Of a DNA stretch of 51,940 nucleotides, positions 1 to 9,760 are shown one piece after another. A model generated the notes under the pieces. That model was not told where the DNA came from and did not search any database. It saw only the letters and a list, made by a program, of their open reading frames with translations. The stretch lies in contig NW_005434570.1 of the NCBI RefSeq assembly GCF_000315625.1, positions 171,390 through 223,329 of the forward strand, given 5' to 3'. Source of the stretch: Guillardia theta CCMP2712. Taxonomy: Eukaryota > Protista > Cryptophyta. The position numbers were made by a program, and so were the translations under genes. Each line of letters begins with the position of its first letter. Position 1 is the first letter of the stretch.

Positions 1-200
1 AGGAGGAGGAGGAGGAGGTGGTGGTGGTGGTGGTGGTGGTGGTGGTGGTGGTGGAGGAGGTGGTGGTGGAGGAAGAGGAGGATGAGGAGGAAGTGGTGGT
101 GGAGGAGGAGGAAGAGGAGGTGGAGAAGGAGGAGCTACGAGGAGGAACTTGATAGGGGTGGGTGGGGAGGTTAGAGGAGGAGAAGGGGGAGGAGGAGGTG
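1..200. repeat. (GGA)/(GGT) triplet microsatellite, probably intronic in the - strand gene running off the left edge
   Basis: Runs of GGA/GGT; - strand donor CAG|GTCCTT at 220/219 leads into this tract. Confidence 0.85.
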
Positions 201-219
201 AAGGAAAATATGCAAGGAC

Positions 220-2897
220 CTGATGAACGCTCTTCTCTCCCACGAAGATGACAAGGGGCATGATGATCCGTCCTGATCCAGCAGGTGCTGAGGTGTACCA
301 GTTCACCCTGCTCCAGTAGTCCTTGCTATAGATGTCCCTGATCTCTACATAGACAGGCTGGGGAGAGGAGGAGGGGTTCCTTACAGAGAAGGTCAGGTAC
401 CCGTACTGGCTCCAGTCGCTCCCGAGCTCGGTGTTGGACGCGATGTACCTCCCAGCAAGGACCCTAGCGCTCTGGTTGCCTTCGATCGCCCTGTCAGTAA
501 CGAAGCTCCAGCTTGAGGAGGAATAGAAGGGCAGCGGCCGTCCTTGCTCGAAGTTACAGAGGGTCCTGGGCTCGACCTTGACGTCGGATGTGTTCTTTCC
601 CTGCTGCCAGCCCAGCTCATTGCAGACTCGGCAGATCTCCGAGCTGTCAAATGCGGCGCTGCTACCCAGCAGCGCGGTACTTGACTGGTTGCAGAACCCG
701 CAGAGAACAAGAGACTGGACGTCGGTGTAGAAGACCATATTCACATCCTTCAACTCCTCCTCTACAACGAACTGCTCGGATGAGATGTTGGGGTAGCAGC
801 TCAGCAGCTCTAGCCGCACGTCGTCATACAGCACGATCCCCGTCCCGAAGGAGCGCAGGTAGACGGTCAAAGTCTGAGCCGAAGGCACGTCAAACAGCAA
901 GGAAACTTTCCTCCACCCTGAGTTTTGCGGCATAAATTTGCTCCGAGAGTACAATTTCCCATCCTGCTGCACCACCAGCAGCTCTGCCGTAGCCCCCCAG
1001 TCGTTCCCCTTAAGGTTCTGAGATGCCACCATACAGGTCAGCTCGTAGACGCCTCCTCCCGCCAGCTCCACGACCTGACAACGGTCAGCACGAGAGCGCA
1101 ACCAACCCAGCGAGATAGAAGAAAGTCACCTGAAAGATTCCTGCCTTCCCAGCCGCCTTCCCATCGATCATGAAGGAAGAATTGCCAGTGAACGCTGCTC
1201 GTCTCGTGTGCTCGATAGCATACACTCCCTCCCACTGCCAGAACTTCCAACCAGGAGGAGACTGCATGTAGCCGTCCCCGCCATCGGCTCTGGCTTCCAA
1301 AGCACCGTTGGTGAGGAGCGACGAAGATCGACGGAACAAGGTCAAGGGCATCAAGAACGACCTGTGCTGCAAGGTTGAGTTGACATTGACGGCGATAGGA
1401 AACGATCCGCATGCTGAGGACGGGAAGGACAAGACTACCTCCTCGTCATCCTCCTTGTGATCCACAGAGATGTTGGCTGGAGGGTCGAACCTCCAACAGA
1501 CCTGCTCCACGTCGGAGCAGCTGTCTACAGCTGCTGACGTCAAGCTCAGCTGAAGCTTCTCCTCTGCCGACTCAACGATGAAGCCCCGCAAGAGAGCAGG
1601 AGCGACGATGACGGGAGGAGGGTCGGAGATGACAATCACCGTGCTCTCTAGAGGCGAGATCGTCTCCAGTGACCAGGGACGTGAAGGAGGAAGCCAAGAC
1701 GCAGTGATGATCGACAAGTTCCTCCAAACGATCTTCTCGCTCAGACCTCCACTCAGCGTGATGAAGGAGTTTGTAGGGTTGTCCACCGTGGCAATGGTGG
1801 ACGTCTTGTCGCTGCTGCAGTGAAGGGATATCATCAAGGGGTCGCAGCACAACATCTGTGATGTGTCCGGGGGAGCATACTTGTTCTTCACCTTGGGTTG
1901 TAGATCATTCCAGTCAGTCACAGCATCCTGGTCTGTATCGACTTGGGACTCGTCGGATCCGACCAGCAGCTCAGTCTCGTCTCCCAACCCATCGCCGTCG
2001 CCGTCTGCCAGTATGTACAACCCACTGAGCGAGACGGAGTAGGCGCTGACGTAGTTCCTCAGCACCTTCACTCCGACTTTGACTCGACCAGGAAAGTAGA
2101 AATCCTTCACCCCTTGACTGTTGTACGTCAGCTCTGACCACTTCAAGTCCCCAGGGTGCCACAAGAACCCACGGAGAACGTTCCTCCTCCTCTGCACCCG
2201 CAGCATGCCTGACTGCAGTCGCGGCGACAGAGAGCTCCCCTTCACCAACGTCCCGTTGTTGAGCTCAACCCACCTGCGCATGAACAGCATCTTGTCACAT
2301 CACACACACAACGCATCATGTCCGCAGAGAGGACTTACGTGTAATCAAGATCGCTGTGCGTCTTCATGAACAGCCCAGACTTGACAGATGAGATGTCGGT
2401 ATTGTCTTGGACCAGGACAATGCCCAGGATTGCCTGATAAGCATGTGGCTGTAGAATGCTGTAATCGCAGAAAGCGAGCTCGACCATGAAGTCTCCCTCG
2501 TGCCAACCCGACACAACGAACCCCTTCTCCACACCTGTTGTAGGCTTGTAGTCATCATCGGCCTTCTCACTTCAAAGCAGCAAGATATAGCACAAGCGAT
2601 GCGGCATTCAATGATCTGAGCGCTTTGCATGCAGACTCCATGCGGGAGTCGCTCTCTAGATACATGATGGCTCGTTCTCGCAAAGGCAAGCTTACCCGCG
2701 TTAGACTCCAGCCTCAGACCGCATCCAGCGCTGGTTCTGTTGGGTTGATACCTCAACGCATCGGCAGGAAGGTTGAGCAGCGCGTCTGTCTCGACATGTT
2801 CTTCGGTCAAGCGGTACAGTCGCTGTCCCTGAATGCACGTGGACCAACCCAGCAAGAAAACCAGCACGAGGCTGCCAGCCTGGCCGCAGGGGAACAT
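220..2897 (-). CDS. Secreted multi-domain protein, copy A (signal peptide, acidic DxDxDG Ca-binding motif, two CBM-like beta-sandwich domains); spliced, continues past left edge; possibly disrupted near 2548
   Basis: Leader MFPCGQAGSLVLVFLLGWSTCIQG; DGDGDGLGDETELLVGSDESQVDTDQD; LTNGALE..PPGW..AAFTGNSSF..GVYELTCMV..GWRKVSLLF..LYDDVRLE (CBM4/9-like); LCNFE..AIEGNQSA..DWSQYGYLTF; GT-AG introns near 2655-2695, 2274-2338, 1077-1129. Confidence 0.7.
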
Positions 2898-3524
2898 GCT
2901 GAGAGATGTGTAGCCGCGGAGAGAGGAGCAGCGAGGTCGCTCAACCATCGACAAGATCGCTTCGTCTCCGAGCAGCGGCCGTTGCCACATGCCCCCGCCC
3001 TCCCTCTGGCCAGCACTGCCGCATCGGCATCGCCTGCATACCTACTAGATGGGAGGAAGCTACCCACCCCTTGTCAGTGTCAAGCTTCTTTCAACCCCCT
3101 CCCCCTACCTCCTCGTATATCACATCCATGACCCCCGTAGTTGACCGTATTGAGATACTAATGTCAGAGCCAGTACCCGTACCCCGCTCTCCTCGAATGC
3201 CTCTAAATACCCCTCCCTACTTCACCCCACCCCCCTCCGAGTCAATCACAAACTTGACAGGAGAAGTGAGTAATATTTGAGTCGGAGGTAGCAGACAGAT
3301 GGTGTAGTAGAGGCGATCGCTGCCTCTTGCATCTTGCTGCATCTCGTAGAGGCGGGCTTGTTGATATAATGTTTGTGCTTCCCGTTTGCTGCGGTTTGAG
3401 CGTTCCACTCAAGTAATGATATCAGTCAAGCCTCTGCTCTACCTAGTCAGTCAGTTGCGCAAGACCCAAGCAAGTGGATATAAACCACGTCATGGTGCCA
3501 TTGAAGTGGAGTGAGGGAGGGAGC

Positions 3525-5575
3525 ATGAGAAGAAGGTTGTGTGCGTGTGTGCTTTGGGTTGTAATCTTGGATGGCATGTACCAACAGGCTGAGGCGGCAA
3601 GCAGCGTGAGCTGCGGGAGCTGCACGTTTCTTGTCTCGGATGAGGGGTTGTTGTCGAGACAGGGGACCTGTGGCGGAGACTGTGGAACGGATGTAAACGG
3701 TCAAAAAACATTGTATCTGGGCTCGCTGGGTATTCGGAACATAACGAACGGGACTTTCGACGGGCTCTCGAGCTTACAGTATCTATATCTCTACGACAAC
3801 TACCTGGAGAGTCTTTCTGCAGGGACCTTCGACGGACTCTCGAGCTTGCAGATGCTATCTCTTGAATACAACTACCTGCAGAGTCTTGCTGCAGGGACCT
3901 TTCAAGGCCTCTCGAGCTTGCATTGGCTATATCTGTCCGACAACAAGCTGGAGAGTCTGCCTGCAGGAATCTTCCAAGGGCTCTCCAGCTTGCAGTATCT
4001 ATTTCTCTACTACAACAACCTGCAGAGTCTTCCTGCAGGGACCTTCGACGGACTCTCGAGCTTGCAGATGCTATCTCTTGAATACAACAACCTGCAGAGT
4101 CTTGCTGCAGGGACCTTTCAAGGCCTCTCGAGCTTGTATTGGCTATATCTTGACGACAACGTCATTGCTTGCATTTCCTCCCAGGCTTTTGCTGGTTTGT
4201 CTTCGCTTTCTTCTCTAGGCCTGACAGGCAACAATCTGCCGTGCTATCATCCGTCTTGGCCAAGCTTTGCCAGCAAGGACTCGAACCTCAAGCCTTGCCT
4301 CAACGAGACTCTTTGCAACAACAGCCGAGTCAGCACCTCCATCGCGACCTCCTTTGACCCGACCACAACCCCACCAGCATCCTCTTCCACAGCTGCCGAC
4401 ACCACCGCATCGCTGTCGCAACAGACCACTCTTGGTCCCTTCCTCCCTCCTACTACAACACCAACTGGTGTGGATCCAGACCAACCATTGCCGGCGGACG
4501 CGAACAAGAGCGCAGACCTCAAACCCATCGTCTGGTACAAATTCGATGACCCCAATGATCTGGGGAAAGACAGCAGCGGCAACGGCTACAACGCAACAAA
4601 CTACGGAGCTACATATGATGCTGGCACTAACTGTAAACAGGGGGATGGCTGTGCGCACTTCAGCGCAAGCGGGACCCAGCAGTACATGACAGTCGATAAC
4701 CGTTTGGATCTTGGTGCAATCCAGCAGAAAAGCGGCATCGCCGTCAGCTTCTGGGGCTACATGACGGGATCGAGTGGAAGTTGGGCGCGATACTTTGACT
4801 TTGGTGGGAGGAATAGCAACTACTCCTACCACGGTGGAGGCACGAACCTATACAACTGGTTGTTTGCCGCTCCAAGCACGGCAACGTACCCGAGCTGGCT
4901 TCAACTGGATGTGTACGACGGGAAGGGTTATTTTCCGTTGCGTTTTTCTGATCACGTGATCTCGAATTGGCATCACTTTGTTTTCTCCATCAACAAGAAC
5001 GGAAGCGCGTCGGCAAACACATGGTCGGTATGGATCGATAACGAGCTGGTGTGCGATGCGTGTCATGCTAGCGGTCTGACTTCCATTCCCATGGATGAAA
5101 GGGGATGGTATATTGCGCGTTCTCATTGGGAAGTAGACGGAAAGACTGATGGCGGCATGGACGACTTCCGTATTTACGATCAAGCCCTCACAGCCCTGCA
5201 AGTCGCAGAAATATACTACGATTCTGTGACACACGATCCTGCTTCAACCCCCTCCAAGTCAAACTGGTTTCTCCGCCCGGTCTACGTCAACTGCCAAATG
5301 AATCACACATGGGACGATATCATCCCCGGACTGTTGGCAAAGAACCAGACCTTCAAGTCCGGTGGACTCGGGAAGCTGATGAGGCTGAACGAGGTCGAGG
5401 TGTGGGTCTGCAGCTATCAAGACGAGTGTGCAAAGCCCAGCAATCCCTTCTGTTACGTCTTCGACGAGCAGCAGAAGCTCTTCATGCCATGGTGAGTTGT
5501 CACGGTTTATTGCAAGAGGTCATGGCACTGAAGCATTTCTACAGGGGGCTGGAGGATGAGCTCATCCTCAGCTAG
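3525..5575 (+). CDS. Secreted LRR protein copy 1: signal peptide, Cys-rich N-cap, 5 canonical 24-aa LRRs plus terminal repeats, Ser/Thr stalk, LamG/ConA-like domain, Cys-containing tail
   Basis: ORF 3474-5495; LxxLxLxxNxLxSLxAGTFxGLSS repeats; WYKFDD..KDSSGNG..MDDFRIYDQALT LamG signature; intron 5492-5544 adds final exon GLEDELILS* conserved in copy 2. Confidence 0.9.
3774..4205 (+). repeat. Six 72-bp LRR-coding tandem units with 216-bp higher-order periodicity
   Basis: Units 2 and 5 nearly identical (LQMLSLEYNxLQSLAAGTFQGLSS); units 3 and 6 share LxWLYLxDN. Confidence 0.9.
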
Positions 5576-6003
5576 ATAAGGCGATAGACGGAGGAGAGGG
5601 CCAAACCTCTCCTTGTGTGCGAGTGTTTGCTCTCTATGATTTGATGATCGTGCTGGGTGTGATTGACAATGAGTGGATTGATCGCGTTGTCTTCGATCTA
5701 GAGGCCAAGCATGAGAGTCTAATGAGGAGAAAGAAAAAACTTGTAACACAATGCCAAAACTTGTAACCACGTACCACGTTGATGTCCAACAGAGCCTCAA
5801 TTTCGAACAAGCAAAAGCTCAAGTCAACCAATGAGTCACAACACATTGAGCCAGGCAAGCATCATGTTAACGACTGTGCGAGAAACAAAGCCTTGATGAG
5901 CCTACCCCTTGGTGGACTGAAAAGAAAGAAATACTCCCGTGATACCGCTCGCTCATCATCCGCAGCATTCCGATGATTGATAGACATTCCAACCCGCACA
6001 AGC

Positions 6004-7692
6004 CTGCATGTAGCCGTCGCCGCCCTATGCTCTTGCTTCCAAGGCTCCGTTGGTGAGGAGCGACGAAGATCGACGGAACAAGGTCAAGGGCATCAAGAAC
6101 GACCTGTGCTGAAAGCTAGAGTTGACATCGACGGCGATCGGGAACGATCCGCATGCTGAGGACGGGAAGGACAAGACTACCTCCCCGGCATCTTCCTTGT
6201 GGTCCACAGAGATGTTGGCTGGAGGGTCGAACCTCCAAGAGACCTGCTCGACGTCGGAGCAGCTGTCTACAGCAGCTGATGTCAAGCTCACCTGAAGCTT
6301 CTCCCCTGCCGACTCAACGATGAAGCCCCGCAACAGAGCAGGAGCGACGATGACGGGAGGAGGGTCGGAGATGACAATCACCGTGCTCTCTAGAGGAGAG
6401 ATCGTCTCAAGCGACCAGGGACGTGAAGGAGGAAGCCAAGACGCAGTGATGATGGACGAGTTCCTCCAAACGATCTTCTCGCTCAGACCTCCACTCAGCG
6501 TGATGAAGGAGTTTGTAGGGTTGTCAATGGCGGCAATGGTGGACGCCTTGTCGCTGCTGCAGTGCAGGGATATCATCAACGGATCGCAGCACAACATCTG
6601 TGATATGTCCGGGGGAGCAACTCGTTCTTGACCTTGGGTTGTAGGTCATTCCAGTCAGTCTCAGCGTCCTGGTCCGTATCGACTTGAGACTCGTCGGATC
6701 CGACCAGCAGCTCAGTCTCGTCTCCCAACCCATCGCCGTCGCCGTCTGCCAGTATGTACAACCCACTGAGCGAGACGGAGTAGGCACTGACGTAGTTCCT
6801 CAGCACCTTCACTCCGACTTTGACTCGACCAGGAAAGTAGAAATCCTTCACCCCTTGACTGTTGTATGTCAGCTCTGCCCACTTCAAGTCCCCAGGGTGC
6901 CACAAGAACCCACGGAGAATGTTTCTCCTCCTCTGCACGCGCAGCATGCCTGACTGCAGTCGCGGCGACAGAGAGCTCCCCTTCACCAACGTCCCGTTGT
7001 TGAGCTCAACCCACCTGCGCATGAACAGCTTCTTGTCACATGACACACACAACGCACCATGTCCGAAGAGGACTCACGTGTAATCAAGATCACTGTGCGT
7101 CTTCATGAACAGCCCAGGCTTGACAGATGAGATGTCGGTGTTGTCTTGGACCAGGACAATGCCCAGGATCGCCTGATAAGCGTGTGGCTGTAGAATGCTG
7201 TAATCGCAGAAGGCCAGCTCAACAACGAAGTCTCCCTCGTGCCAGCCCGACACAACGAACCCCTTCTCCACACCTGTTGTAGGCTTCAGCTCAAGGGCAT
7301 TCTCAAACTTTCTCTGTGGATGGTACGGGTGTCTACTGAGTCATCATCGGCCTTCTCACTTCAAAGCAGCAAGATATAGCACAGGCGATGAGGCATTCAA
7401 TGCTCTGAGCGCGTTGCTCACACATGCAGGCTCCATGCGGGACTTGCTCTCTAGATACATGATGGCTCGTTCTGGCAAAGGCAAGCTTACCCACGTTAGA
7501 CTCCAGCCTCAGACCGCATCCAGCGCTTGTTCTGTTGGGTTGATACCTCAGCGCATCTGCAGGAAGGTTGAGCAGCGCGTCTGTCTCGACATGGTCTTCG
7601 GTCAAGCGGTACAGTCGCTGTCCCTGAATGCACGTGGACCAACCCAGCAAGAAAACCAGCAAGAGGCTGCCAGCCTGGCCGCAGGGGAGCAT
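6004..7692 (-). pseudogene. Truncated duplicate (copy B) of the CBM-like gene
   Basis: Colinear with ~1263-2897; 1-nt deletion near 6619 splits the frame; GAT->TAG stop at 6025-6027; similarity ends abruptly at ~6004. Confidence 0.85.
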
Positions 7693-8109
7693 GCTCAGCG
7701 ACGTGTAGCCGCAGAGAGAGGAGCAGCGAGGTCGCTCAACCATCGACAACATCACTTCGTCTCCGAGCATCGGCCGTTGCCACATGCCCCTCGCCCTCCC
7801 TCTAGCCGGCACTGCCGCATCGGCATCGCCTGCATATCTACTTGATGGGAGGAAGCTACCCACCCCTTGTCAGTGTCAAGCTTCTGTCACCCCCTCTACT
7901 CCCTCGTACCTGCATGACCCCCTCAGTTGCCAATATTGAGACACTAATACCAGACATACCCGTTTCTCACAGACACCGACACCACCCCTTCACCCTCACC
8001 CCACCCCCCTCCGAGTCAAACACAGAGTTGACAGGAGAAGTGAGTTACATTGACTTTTTAGGCAGCAGACGGTTTTAGAGAGGTTAATGTAATTAATGAG
8101 ATTGACGGT

Positions 8110-8712
8110 GTACTGAGCTGGTTGCAAGTAAGCATGTATGTTTCCTGGAGGCTTATGCTCCAGGTTGAGGCGGAGGAGCTCAAGAGGATTTTCTCCACGT
8201 ATGGCGCATACAGTGCGGCAGTGAAGGGAACCCTATTCGAGTTGATGTCTTTCAAGGAGGTGCAACGGGGCTTGAGATTGACTTACCGCAGATTACATAG
8301 CAGACCAATTAAGGCTCAGCCTTGGGAACCTTGTAGCGTTGTGTTCTTTGATCCGCTGCAACTCAAGCCTTCTCTCCCCAGCACTGCAGTATGCTTCAGA
8401 CCGATCAGCGAGCTTCAAGGAGGATATGATGCTGTGATTGTTGACAAGGATGCGAAAAGGGCAGTGTTTGTGCAGGCAACCGTGGCCAGGAAGCCCAGTC
8501 TGAAGCTTTCGTTCTTCTTGGATAATCTAATGGCCCTCGGGATTTCTGCAGGTCTTGTGTGGAGGGTGGAGATCATCTTTCTCATTCCACGAGAGAGGAT
8601 GCCGGTGTTCCGGATAAGTCCTGTCGAAGACTGCGGGGCGCTGAAGACATACGGATGGAAGAAAGGCAAGGAAAGGAGGCAGGCGAAGGTTGCGTGCCTA
8701 ACTTTGCACTGA
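8110..8712 (+). pseudogene. 5'-truncated Crinkler/RHS-type PD-(D/E)xK restriction-endonuclease-fold domain
   Basis: Motifs VASK(fs)YVSWRL, GTLFE, RP..ELQGGYDAVIV, FVQATVARKPSLK resemble the CR-REase pattern (G.xFE, P...xQ.GYDA, FxQxT....H.LK); ATGT duplication at ~8134-8141 frameshifts the 5' part; no upstream NTPase. Confidence 0.6.
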
Positions 8713-8722
8713 AAAGGAATCC

Positions 8723-8751
8723 AAGCAAAGCAAAGCAAAGCAAAGCAAAGC
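8723..8751 (+). repeat. (AAAGC)n pentamer run just after the REase stop
   Basis: aagcaaagcaaagcaaagcaaagcaaagc. Confidence 0.9.
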
Positions 8752-9760
8752 TATTTCAATCATACAAACACTGAGATACAAGACGATTCATGAGAATCTT
8801 CAAAAAGATCTCGTGCCAAGTAAGACGATCTGGTCAAAACGCACATCATCCTTCCCGTTGTATGACTAAAACTCAAAGTTTTTCTCAGTCAATCCTTCTC
8901 AGCCTCCTTGTGCTGCTCCATGCAGCCTCATAAAAAAAGCAAGATGATCTATGTTAGAAATGACTGCTAGCGAGGTGATCAATTTGATAGATAGAGTGTT
9001 GGGAAGCATGCCTGGCTATTTGCGAGAACAGCGAATATTGAAAATTAGATGTTTTTGCTTTTTGTCTTGTTTTTTTTCAATTTTCCCATTTGTTCTCTGT
9101 TTCCTTGTTTGAAGGTGCTCTCCCTCGTTCCCGAAGGTTGCGCCAGTGTACAACAACACTCCACTCGTTCATGTCCAGCTGAGCATCACCCAGGGGCACC
9201 TTGGTCAAGCACCCGCTCTCTCAGGAAAGTATGCTGCTCCAAGAAGGCTTATCGGAAATCATGTCGACCTTAGCTGCAACAAGACAGTTTTTGCTCAAGA
9301 CCAAGTTTAATGCACACAACTGAAACAAGGATTGAGGAGCACATGAGAGATAGATTGTATGCTAGAATATAAGCCCTCCTCTTCGTCTCTGCGCCGCTAC
9401 ATGGCTGTGTATTGTTGATGCTATATCTGATAACATTGAAGACAAGGGTACCACTATGACTGCATGTTTGTGACCCTCGCATATTAGCTACTGGCATGCA
9501 GCCATGGATAGCTGCGCACAATGGGAACGGAAGGATGACCTACTGGATCGGATGATGTTCGTTGTGTCGTAGAGGTGCTCGCTGCCTCCTGCTCCTTGGG
9601 GTATCTCGGAGAGGCGGGCTTGTCGATCAGTGCTTTTCTCTTTCTCGTTCGCTGTTGTTTGTGCCTTCCACTTAAGTAATTATATCAGTCAAGCCTCTCC
9701 TACCTGCTAGTCAGTCAGTTGGGGTGGATTTACATGCATATGCGGAGTGAGGGAGTGAGC

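Noticed and set aside
8760-9560. Gene in the right half of the extra segment
   Set aside because: Short frames with stops on both strands; no consistent splice model or motif found
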